A program made the position numbers and the translations under genes. Below, in pieces: positions 1-11,084 of a stretch of DNA of 51,450 nt. Each line of letters starts with the position of its first letter. Positions within the stretch are counted from its first letter, which is position 1. The DNA is from Octopus bimaculoides. Lineage: Eukaryota. The notes below the pieces were generated by a model. It made no database searches. It saw nothing but the letters and a program-made list of their open reading frames with translations, and had not been told where the DNA came from. Where the stretch lies: positions 57,818,779-57,870,228 of the forward strand of contig NC_068989.1 of NCBI RefSeq assembly GCF_001194135.2, in the 5' to 3' direction.

Positions 1-73
<73 letters not shown>

Positions 74-120
74 GAGAGATAGATAGATAGATAGATAGAT
101 GTATACATACATACATGCCT
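1..120. repeat. Compound microsatellite (AT)n(AG)n(AGAT)n(TACA)n
   Basis: Directly visible. Confidence 0.97.
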
Positions 121-296
121 ATGTTTCTTGTATTGATTGGTAAAATGAAAATAACAATCATTTACTAATATCGTTTCCCTTTTTCTTTACAATATATAAA
201 TTTCTAGTCAGCTTTTTTAATGTGATTCACTAAATATATTGAAGACAAATTTATCCAGCTGGGACGGCAGTAAGTACCTCACAGATGGTTACTCAC

Positions 297-470
297 CCAC
301 TGAGGTTCAATAACTTCAATCCAGTCAAGTGACAGACAGATGGAGGAACAGCATCAAGTTGATTATGCTCTAGATGAAGTTCAATAAGACAATGAGAAAG
401 GAATAAAGGGAATTCAACTTCTTCAGGTAGGGGGGCACCTTTTGAAGTTCTTCTTTTGAACACCGTTAAA
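297..470 (-). CDS. LRRK1: LRRK1 exon (LRR): LTVFKRRTSKGAPLPEEVEFPLFLSHCLIELHLEHNQLDAVPPSVCHLTGLKLLNLS
   Basis: Acceptor ttgttctgtag, donor GG|gtgagt, phase 2/2. Resembles recalled LRRK1 LEFPAFLSESL..NHLDTVPPSVCLL. Confidence 0.93.
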
Positions 471-814
471 CTACAGAACAATAAAAAGATTTTTCAATAT
501 AAATACATATATAAAGGACAATGAGTAAAAAGAACAAGATTAATAAAATTTTAAATGGTAAATTCTTATTTCATGCAGTGAAAATTTTCACTTTGTATTT
601 TCAGGGTTCAACCTATCTCTGTCTATACAGAATGGAAACTTTTCCACAATAAGTATTAGTTCTATCTTAATCTGCAAACCAATGTTTGTGGTAGAAATGA
701 CTGTGAGCATATTGTACTACTTTGTTATCGGTAAAATACTTCTTCAATGATTCACTTCTACCAAAGAGAGAAGTAGGTAATTTTTCTAATTCATTTATTT
801 ATGAATATGCTCTT

Positions 815-970
815 ACAGTTCAGCCAATCCACTGCCCTGGATTGGAATGTTTTTTATTGATCCTAAAAGAATGAAAGGCAAAATTGACCTTGAAAAGATT
901 TGAACTCAGAGCACCAGAACAAATACTGCAAAGCATTCTTTCTGACACTCTAATGATTCTGCCAGTTTGC
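815..970 (-). mobile_element. SINE family B (GGCGAGCTGGCAGAA head), degenerate
   Basis: Reverse complement matches the copies at 7390-8060 (ctggcagaatc..ctgagttcaaat..ttgcctttcat). Confidence 0.7.
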
Positions 971-1139
971 AGTCAGTTCAATTGCTTATGCTTGTCTAGT
1001 ACTCTGCATCAATATCAGAGGAGAGAAAGACAAAGCTGCCCTGGATGAAAGGATGTAATCAAAGTCACAAAATATTTTGTTTGACAACCCCACTAATTTT
1101 GCTACTTTATCCCTCAATAATTATCCAATACAGAAACTA

Positions 1140-1505
1140 GATCTGTGTCCAAGGAAAAGGTAAATGGTAAAACTCCCTTTGGTTATGAATGACCATGGGA
1201 GGGTACCCAGAAAGTTATCCTCCAAGGCACAAGTCCAGGCAAGGTTGTTTATGGCAGACCAGCAGTCACCCACGCATACCAGCTTCCCCTCTCCATGCCA
1301 TCGATATAATCCAAGGGAAAGACAAAGGCTGATACAGCGTGGCACCAGTGACACTGCGACTCATTTCTACAGCTAAGTGAACTGGAGCAATGTTAGATAA
1401 AGTGTCTTGCTCAAGAACACAACACACAGCCCAGTCCAAGAATCAAAGTCACTACCTTATTATTGTGAGCCAGATGCTCTAACCACTGAGTCATGTGCCT
1501 TCACT
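1140..1505 (-). mobile_element. tRNA-derived SINE family C
   Basis: Reverse complement of the about 330-bp element at 20497-20810 and 21891-22215 (ttgagcaagacactttat..gctccagttcact..agctgtagaaatgagt). Confidence 0.8.
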
Positions 1506-1919
1506 GTCCAAGGCAGAAATTTATATAATTCTATCTATAAAAATGAGTGCTTGCTTTAATCAGAAGAGGAAGAGAAATAGTGTCATAACAGTGGCACATC
1601 TGGTTAAAATAATTTTCCTCTGATTAACTTTCTCGCTTCTACCCACAGTGGTGGGTAAAAGGAAGGATGTTATTCTCAGGTTGAATGTCTGGCCTGTAAA
1701 CTTACAACAGAGGAAACTCTATTAAAGACAATTAAGGTCCAGCAAAGGGTGTAGGGGAGAATTGGGCAATGGATAAAATTCACCACATGAGAACAAGAAT
1801 GGTTCTTCCAAAGAACTACCAAATAGCTTCTCTCTACAAAATCTCATTCAGAACAGTAAGTCTTCCAAGGATCAATATTTAGTGTCAATTATTTATCGGA
1901 AAAATTTTATTGTACTTAC

Positions 1920-2350
1920 TTAACCCGTTTGCATTCAGATTACTCTGTCAAGGTAAAATCACGGTCTTCCACACATACCAGCTTGTTCTTTCAGGTGCCA
2001 GTGCCACATAAAAAAGCACCCAAGCTGATGCTGTATAAATGCATCTGTCTGGTGGCATGTAAAATGCAACAAGCACACTGTTAAGTGATTGGCATTATGA
2101 AGGGTATCCAGCCATAGAAAACATGCCAAAACAGACAAATGGAGTTTGGACAGCTCCCAGGTGGCCAGCTCCATGTCAAACTGTCCAACCCATGCCAGCA
2201 TAAAGTGGGCATTAAATGATGATGATGATGATGATGATGATTATGATGATGACGTCATGAAAATCTCAAAGCTACAAGATATGTAATTCAAAACAATGTG
2301 AATCAATAAGCATTACATTTGACAGAGTAATCTGAATGCTAAAAGTTTAA
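1920..2350. mobile_element. piggyBac-like MITE with a nested RTE 3' tail
   Basis: TTAA at 1920-1923 and 2347-2350. Inverted GCATTCAGATTACTCTGTCAA / TTGACAGAGTAATCTGAATGC ends. The interior 1965-2250 is an RTE 3'UTR with a (GAT)n tail. Confidence 0.7.
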
Positions 2351-2664
2351 AGCAACTTACAACCTTTATATCTCTAGCTCTGTTTGTGAGTACTCAATAA
2401 TGTACAGAAGGATGAGTTCTTCACTGGTGTACTTATGACCCAAGGAGATTACAAAAATTTTAGAGAGATAAATAGGCTCTAAAATTATGAGTGAATTAAT
2501 TGCTCAGAATTCCAATGTAAAGTGATATTAGACTTTATAAACATCAATTTTAAATAGAAAAGAGCAACTGATAGGGATATGTTCTCTTCTCTGTCTCAGA
2601 TTAATGTTTATAATCATCAATATTATTTTAAACCCTAAAATAATTTTTTTATTCACAATGATAC

Positions 2665-2806
2665 CTTCTTTCCATTGATCTCTCATCAATTTGCCCTAAT
2701 AAGTTATTTCCAAGTTCTAGCTTTTTCAGTTCATGACAGCTCCAGAGTCGAGAGTTTGGTAAGGAACAAATCCTGTTGTTAGCCGCCTGCAGTTCCAAAA
2801 GGGATT
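2665..2806 (-). CDS. LRRK1: LRRK1 exon (LRR): SLLELQAANNRICSLPNSRLWSCHELKKLELGNNLLGQIDERSMER
   Basis: Acceptor tttcttttcag, donor AAG|gtatca, phase 1/2. Not in the ORF track. Confidence 0.92.
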
Positions 2807-3368
2807 CTGAAAAGAAATTAAATTTGGAATCACTACAAACATGTAACAGCTGAAAGCAAACAAAAGTTTCAAAACTGCAGGCGAACTGTAGTGAGCTCTG
2901 AATTCACCAGTATTTTAATGAAATTAAATTAAATTTTTATCATAAATTATATCTATCAATTTCACAAACACACACACATCACATACAATAAAATTATTTC
3001 ATCAATCTCAAAAAATGTAAAGAAACATACATGCATGCATTCATACACTCACACATGCATAGATGTGCATATACATAGGTATGTGTATGTATGAGTACAT
3101 ATACATAAACATGCATATATATATATAATATACATATATATTTATATATCTACCTCTCTATCTATATGTATGTATACATACATACATACATACAAATAGA
3201 GACAGCTGATGAAGGGATATTCCAAATGGCTTTCCGTTTTCCTATGTGTTCGTTCCGTTGTCTGTAGTTCATTGTTCTAACGTCCTGTACCCTGATATGC
3301 ATATATATACACATGTAGATGTAAGTATGTACATATATGTGTGTATACATGTATATATATATTCTTTG

Positions 3369-3400
<32 letters not shown>

Positions 3401-3855
3401 NNNNNNNNNNNNNNNNNNNNNNNNNNNNNNNNNNNNNNNNNNNNNNNNNNNNNNNNNNNNNNNNNNNNNNNNNNNNNNNNNNNNNNNNNNNNNNNNNNNN
3501 NNNNNNNNNNNNNNNNNNNNNNNNNNNNNNNNNNNNNNNNNNNNNNNNNNNNNNNNNNNNNNNNNNNNNNNNNNNNNNNNNNNNNNNNNNNNNNNNNNNN
3601 NNNNNNNNNNNNNNNNNNNNNNNNNNNNNNNNNNNNNNNNNNNNNNNNNNNNNNNNNNNNNNNNNNNNNNNNNNNNNNNNNNNNNNNNNNNNNNNNNNNN
3701 NNNNNNNNNNNNNNNNNNNNNNNNNNNNNNNNNNNNNNNNNNNNNNNNNNNNNNNNNNNNNNNNNNNNNNNNNNNNNNNNNNNNNNNNNNNNNNNNNNNN
3801 NNNNNNNNNNNNNNNNNNNNNNNNNNNNNNNNNNNNNNNNNNNNNNNNNNNNNNN

Positions 3856-3902
<47 letters not shown>

Positions 3903-4156
3903 TGTGTGTGTGTATTGTATATATATATATATGTGTATATACACACACACACACACAAACATTCATTATGTGTGTGATATTTTCAACTGAGACGTTACAA
4001 TCATATCTGAATTTTCAACTGTTTAAATCCTATATATTTACATATATTTACCAGATTGCTAACATTTATTAATGGTTTTCCCCATTGTATTGATGTGCCA
4101 TTTTCTATCATTAATAAAACTGTTAGCATTTTTGCTGACATAGGTATGCTAGTGTT

Positions 4157-4850
4157 CATCATCATCATCATCATCATCATTGTTTAACGTCCGCTTTCCA
4201 TGCTAGCATGGGTTGGACGATTTGACTGAGGACTGGTGCAACCGGATGGCTACACCAGGCTCCAATCTAATTTGGCAGAGTTTCTACAGCTGGATGCCCT
4301 TCCTAACGCCAACCACTCAGAGAGTGTAGTGGGTGCTTTTACGTGTCACCCGCACGAAAACGGCCACTCTCGAAATGGTGTCTTTTATGTGCCACCCGCA
4401 CAAGAGCCAGTCCAGGGGCACTGACAACGATCTCGCTCGAAAACCCTACAAGGCCAGTCAGGCGGTACTGGCAATGGTCATGCTCAGGATGGTACATCTT
4501 ATGTGCCACCCGCACAAGAGCTAGTCCAGGGGCACTGGCAACGATCTCACTTGGCTTGCCGGGTCTTCTCACGCACAGCACATTTCCAAAGGTCTCAGTC
4601 AGTAGTCATCGCCTCGGTGAGGCCCAATGTTCGAAGGTCTTTCCTCACCACCTCAGCCCAGGTCTTCCTGGGCCTACCTCTTCCACGGGTTCCCTCAACT
4701 GTTAGGGAGTGGCACTTTTTCACGCAGCTATCCTCATTCATTCTCACCACATGTCCAAACCAGCGCAATCGTCTCTCTTGCACACCACTACTGACGCTTC
4801 TTATGTTCAGCTTTTCTCTCAAGATACTTACACTCTGACGGGTTGCATCC
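4157..4850 (-). mobile_element. 5'-truncated RTE-clade LINE, low divergence
   Basis: ORF 4595-4822 RRLRWFGHVVRM..EGTRGRGRPRKTW is the classic RTE ORF2 C-terminus. It is followed by a 3'UTR with internal repeats and a (GAT)n tail. Confidence 0.93.
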
Positions 4851-6095
4851 CTTTAAGCATCCCTTTTAAGCAGTTGTTAATAAGCACCATGAAGAGGCAG
4901 ATCATATTAAAGTAAACAATTCAGCAATGTGTTTTATTAATTTATAGTACTGAGTTTAAAGATGACAATGAGTTATGTGTGGTGAGTTTTACTGTTGATC
5001 TGAGAAGCTCAATCATGCATAGAAATACATGTCTAGTATTATTTGGAAAACAAAAAGGTTGTGAAATTTCTAACAAAACATCAATTATGTGCTTGGGAAG
5101 TAAACTTGCTCAACCAAACAGTAAATTGTTCAAAAATTGTTGCCAACCTAAATAACAAGAAAACATTTAAAAATGAGTAAACTGCGTCTGACGTTTTATT
5201 CCAAATTCTAGTTGTCATCAGTTTAGCCTCATTAGTAAAACTAATCTAAAAGATGCTTTACATGTCTGACCTTTTAACAAAATGTGTGGAAGTAGTTCAC
5301 TGAAATTTTTTGACTGAAAATACAGTTACAGTGACTATGATATGTTCGTGTCAATTGAGAGATTTGCAATAAGTTATTATATAAAGCAGAGTGTAAATAA
5401 CAAAAAAATATTTAATAAATGGTAAAGTGTCATTATAGTAATGAATGTATGTATATAATGATTAATTATTATGAAGCTTAATTATGTTATACAAAAATTA
5501 ACAGGAATTAGATATTGGAAAACACATGCCAGGTTAAAATAAATATATTTCTGAGTGTCGTTACCAGGTTTCTACTGTTTATCATATAATTATATAGTAA
5601 CCTTCATCATCATCATTGTTTTAGCGCCCACTTTTCCATACTTGCATGGGTTAGACAAAGTTTATCGAGGCAGATTTTATATGGACAGATGCCCTTTTTC
5701 TGTTACCAACTCTCTCCAATTTCCAAGCAAAGTAATATTTCCCCATCACCAGACATGTTTTTGCAGAATTTTGGAAATGAATTAAACTGCTTGTATGATA
5801 GTGACACTCAACAACTATCAAGTCATGTCAAAATCACACACACACACACACACACACAATGCCCGTACAGATATATTCTCAGTGGGTAGGGGAAGAGCAT
5901 TTTCCTTTGATTTTACAAACCCTGTTTCTAGAAAATGAAACAAGAGCTTTATATATACATCCTTTCACCAAATGTATGACTGGTATTGTTGATGATGATC
6001 CCAGGTCAGCTTGAGTGAGCAGAACTTTGATCAAAGATATCAACCTTGACTATTCTTTCTTTTTGCATATTTAGTACTACATTATCAAATATCCT

Positions 6096-6133
<38 letters not shown>

Positions 6134-6676
6134 GTAAATGAAGATATGAATATATGTATGTTCCATTTTCTGTCTTCCATTTGTTATTTACCTAACGTTC
6201 ACTCTGAAAGTGATCGTGCTTTACCAGTAAGCTATCAGGTGTAAACCATTCATTTTATTATCCATTAAGCACAACCAATTTCCGATTTCTAGGAAGAAGG
6301 TGATTTACGGTAGCGTACCAAGATGATGGATAAAATAACACTGGCTGTTTCGCTAAACGATTGCTATTTCTTGCAAGACGAGTGACCATATAGAGGCTCA
6401 ATCATTGATCAAAATGTACAGTAATTGTTCAGTTTGTCTGTTTCCCTAGGCCTTGCACCCTATCATTACTGATGGCCTGTTAAATTCCTAATTCTACAGC
6501 TGTACCTAGCAACAGCTAAAAGTCTACACTAATTAATTTGTAATGAGTCATAACATTGATTAATTAATAGAATGATGAATATATGATCCTTAGTGTATTT
6601 CACAGAATTGCTGTATAAATGTATAACGCAAAAAAGAAAACTTGTTTCTATACGACTGATAATAAAAGAACCTTTC

Positions 6677-6883
6677 TTAACCCTCTTGAAACACCCAGGC
6701 CTATTGATCAACCTAAGTGATACAAGCTGAAAGGACTTTGAGGTGGATCAAATGTTGTGAATGGTTGGTTTTGAAGTGTAATAGCAAATCAGAGATTTTC
6801 TTTCAGTAGATGTATCTCAATAGGAAAAAATTTGGTCTTCTTGGCTACACATACCAAAACACCATGTGTCTCAAAAGGGTTAA
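6677..6883. mobile_element. piggyBac-like MITE (about 200 bp)
   Basis: TTAA-CCCTCTTGAAACAC ... GTGTCTCAAAAGGG-TTAA: 12/14 TIR match with TTAA on both sides. Confidence 0.7.
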
Positions 6884-7098
6884 ACCAGGCATCAGTCTAT
6901 TGCAGAGCTAACTATCAGCTGTCATTGGTACCCGTTTTCAGCCAAATATACTGGAGCATCATGAAACAAAGTACTTTTCTCAAGGATACAACACATCAAC
7001 CAATCTGAGAAATAAACCTATGACTTAATGATTATGAGTTCAATGCCCTAACTGCTAGGTAACATAATGTGTATTAGTGAATATAAAAACATACTTAC

Positions 7099-7234
7099 GG
7101 ATACGTATGATACTTTCATTAATCTCTACAAACAGGTTGTTGCTTAAATTGATGTATTCCAAAGATGTCCCCCAGAAATGCTCCAAACTGTTTGGCAATT
7201 CAGTCAATAAATTATGGCTCAAATTCAGTGAATT
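7099..7234 (-). CDS. LRRK1: LRRK1 exon (LRR): NSLNLSHNLLTELPNSLEHFWGTSLEYINLSNNLFVEINESIIRI
   Basis: Acceptor ctcttattctag, donor CC|gtaagt, phase 0/1. LxxLxLxxNxL pattern occurs twice. Confidence 0.92.
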
Positions 7235-7373
7235 CTAGAATAAGAGACAGAAATTTAGCAACAGAATCTGATATAAAAATTAAATGTCTAAATGTTTGAG
7301 ACGAATTATTGTTAAGATTATCAATTTTGCCAACTAATTTTCTCCAAAGATGTTTAAAGATAAAATTGTTTTT

Positions 7374-8072
7374 AATATTTTCATCACCACAAGGCAGCAA
7401 GCTGGCAGAATCAATAGCATGCTGAACAAAATACTTAGCAGCATTTTGTCTGTCTTTACATTCTGCGTTCAAATTCCGCTGAGATTGGCTTTGCCTTTCA
7501 ATCTTTCAGAGTTGATAAAATAAGCACCAGTTGAACACTGGTGGGGTTTCAATATAATCGACTTACTCTCCCCTAAAATTGCTGATTTTGTGCCAAAATT
7601 TGAGATCAATATTTTCATCACCATAAGGTGGTGAGCTAGCAGGATTATTAGCATACAGGACAAAATGCTTAGCAGCATTTCATCCATCTTCACATTCTGA
7701 GTTCAAATTCTACCAAGGTAGGCTGTCTTTCATCCTTTTGAGGATAAAGTACCATTTGAGCACTGGAGTCAATGTAATCAACTTATCCCCTCCCACGAAC
7801 ATGCTGGCCTTGAGCCAAAATCTCAAGCCAATATTTTTATCACAAGGCAGCGAACTGGCAGAATAGTTAGCACGCTGGACAAAATGCTTAGTGGCATTTC
7901 ATCTGTCTTTACATTCTGAGTTCAAAGTTTGCTGAGGTCAACTTTGCCTTTCATTCTTTCAGAATCTATAAAATAAATACCAATTGAGCATTGGGGTTGA
8001 TATAATCAACTTACCTCCTGCCATAAGATTATTTGCCTTGTACCAAAATTTGAAACCAATATTTTCATCACC
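7374..8072 (+). mobile_element. Head-to-tail trimer of SINE family B
   Basis: Three units of 234, 222 and 228 bp, delimited by AATATTTT(C/T)ATCAC at 7374, 7608, 7830 and 8058. Confidence 0.85.
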
Positions 8073-8730
8073 TTGCACCTTGAGGGTCCTCCTAGACACT
8101 TCACTGCCTGCAGGTGGGTGAGGAAGCAAGCAAGCTGTTTTCCATGCTGGCATGGGTTGGATGGTTTGACAGCCAGAGAGTTGTCCAGACTCCAACTGTC
8201 TATTGCAGCATGGTTTCTATAGCTGGATACCCTTCCTAGCACCAATATATATATAAATATGACTGGCTTCTTTCAGTTTACATCAACCAAATCTACTCAC
8301 AATGTTTTGATTGGCCTAAGGTTAAAATAGAAGACACCCAAGTTACCACAAAGTAAAACTGAACCTGAAGCCACAATTTTGGGAAATGAACCTTTGAACT
8401 ACACAACCATGCCTGCACTAATATATATATCTTTATATGTATACAATGTGTATATCTTTGAGTAATATATATTGGTAAAGAATGTAAACATTGATGACAA
8501 AATGAAAAGTTGGTCCTTTGCAAAATGAAAAGTTGGTCCTTATGATATTTGTTCTGTCTCAAATTAGAGATACTCCTTTATCACTCTCACCTTTCTAAGT
8601 ACAGTAAATCAATGACAGGCTCATTGGAAATCATTTACTAATGATAGCATTGTTTATGAATGGTGTCATAAAATCAATAAATAAGACAGGATTATAGTAA
8701 AAGACATAGAAATATTCCAATGCTGCTTAC

Positions 8731-8900
8731 CAGAGGACAAGACCAAGGTAACAACATGTCAATGAGCTGATTGTGTTCACAATCAAGAGATACCAAACTT
8801 GTACAATGGTACAACATCAAAGGGAACCGCTGCAGTGTATTGTGTGACAGATCCAAATACTGAAGGTTGCCACAGCTCCAAGATATATCTTCATACATTG
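8731..8900 (-). CDS. LRRK1: LRRK1 exon (LRR): MYEDISWSCGNLQYLDLSHNTLQRFPLMLYHCTSLVSLDCEHNQLIDMLLPWSCPL
   Basis: Acceptor tttttgtttcag, donor CTG|gtaagc, phase 1/0. Confidence 0.93.
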
Positions 8901-9929
8901 CTGAAACAAAAATAGAATGGTACCATTTAATAACACATTTTTTTGTTGATATTTATCTTTTTTCTTTTTACTTTTTCAGTCATTTAACTGCAGCCATGCT
9001 GGAGCACCACCTTAAAGGGTTTTAGTTTAAGAAATCGACCCCTACTGACGTCAACTTTGCATTTCATTTCTTTTGGGGGTCAATAAAATAACTACCAATC
9101 AAATACCATGGAGCGGGGGGGGGGTCAATGAAATCAACTTATCCCTTCCTCTAAAACTGCTGGCCTTATGCTAAAATTTGAGACAATTATCATTATTATC
9201 TTTAGAGAAGAAACATTATCATCATCATCATTATTATTTAACATCTGGTTTCCATGCTGGCATGGGTTGGATGGTTTGTCAGGAGCTGGCCAGCTGAAGA
9301 GCTACCCGAGTTCCAGGTTTGTTTTAGCATGGTTTCTATGGCTGGATGCCCTTCCTAATGCCAATAATACACTATGTTTCAGTCAGTTTCATCTTTAAGC
9401 ATCAACTGGTATTTTAATCTTGGACATGTACAAACTTAGATAAGTAGTCAAATTTGCTTTACAATCTTGAGTGCTTGGGTTCAATTTCAATGCCCTGTCT
9501 CTTTTACCATACTCTCCAGCTAACCCAAACCTTGTGGAGGCTTGTTGAGTGGACTGTATTTATAATTCAAAGACCTAATCTTGTCATATACTGTGTCATG
9601 TTGATTCAGGTTGAAGATTATGCTAAGTGTAAATATGTCGATGAAGTATGCCACTTACACATCTTACAGTATAAAAGAGAAGCTGATATCTGTCTGTCTG
9701 TAACAACATCTGTGTAGAGTGAGGGAAGAAGGAGAGGAGAAAAAGTCGTTGTTGAGAGTGAGAGAGTGAGAGAGTGAAAGAGAGAGAGAGAGTGTGTGTG
9801 TGCATGTGTGTATAAAAGGGAGATAAATAGGTAGTGTTGTCACCTTAGCAACTAACAAGTTTTGACTAAAAACATGGGAATTTTAAGTGCAAGTCTGTCA
9901 ACACAATGCAACACAGATTTAAAAAAAAA

Positions 9930-9974
<45 letters not shown>

Positions 9975-10526
9975 CATCATCATAATACATGTAGTTTATT
10001 TTATTTTGGTTGTTTGTATGTGTGTATATATGTTTCTGAATAACTTTCAACAGGTCTGAAACATATAAAAGAATATATACAATGCAACACAGACTTTAAA
10101 AAAAGACTTTAACTTTGAACAATTTACGAAGGTACAAATATTTTTTACCATCAGTGTAGTGCCAGGTAACGACCTAGTTACTATAATGAGTAGGTAATTC
10201 AGTTATTTGAACAACTGAATCCTCATTATTAAAATTTATGGCAGTTATAGCCATAAAACAAGATATGATCATTTGCTAGGATATGGTGGTAAGTTAAGAG
10301 ATGTCCTTAAACTAAGATATGGCCATAAATTATGACCACCAGCTAAGTTATAGTTTTTAGATAATGCTAGAGGTTAAGATACAACTACAAGTTACATTAT
10401 GGCTGCCAGATAAGATATGATTTCATACATTAAGATGAAGCCAACTATGGACTTTCTGCTTATCCTTAGTAGTGGTACAATAGTAAATAAAAGATAGAAT
10501 GACAGTATCTAATAAATAACACTCAC

Positions 10527-10660
10527 TTTTTTCATTTTCATTGGCTGTAACAAACACAAGTTGATTATTTGAGACATTCAATGTCTGAAGATGTGGCAGT
10601 TCAAATATATTACAACATAAGAATTTCAAATGGTTGTGTGACAAGTTTATTTCTTCAAGC
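10527..10660 (-). CDS. LRRK1: LRRK1 exon (LRR): LEEINLSHNHLKFLCCNIFELPHLQTLNVSNNQLVFVTANENEK
   Basis: Acceptor aaaatttcag, donor A|gtgagt, phase 2/1. Confidence 0.92.
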
Positions 10661-10877
10661 CTGAAATTTTTAAGATGTCAGGGAAAAAGAAAAGAAGAGA
10701 GTTAAAATAATGTTTTTATTTATATGCATCACAGAGCCATACCAGCAGTCTTTGCTCTTGCACACTACATCTGATTCTACTTATGCCCAATTTTTTTCTC
10801 TCAACCCATTTGTATTTTGCATATTCAGCCGAGCATACTAGCTTCATTCCTTTCTAGTTTTCGCATGTACTCTACAT

Positions 10878-11063
10878 CAGTGCTCCACAACTTTTTTCAC
10901 TTGTGATACACTTATATTCTTTTCAAAATTCAGCTGCACACTTGAACTAAAACTACAGCTAAAAGTATAGGGAAAAAAATTCATATTCAGGTTACACTGT
11001 GACACACCTAGTATCATCCTGTGGCATACCAGTGTACCGCAGCATACCAGTTGTGGAACACTG
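10878..11063. mobile_element. hAT-type MITE (186 bp)
   Basis: TIRs CAGTGCTCCACAAC / GTTGTGGAACACTG. 8-bp TSD ctctacat / atctacat (7/8). Confidence 0.8.
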
Positions 11064-11084
11064 ATCTACATTCAGGGCCTACTA

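Noticed and set aside
3200-3300. Hammerhead at cagCTGATGAaggg
   Set aside because: No downstream stem II-GAAA-stem III-UH arrangement is visible.
7212-7472. ORF-track 86-aa protein overlapping the 7099-7234 exon
   Set aside because: Wrong frame. It is mostly antisense SINE and intron, and the LRR frame is different.
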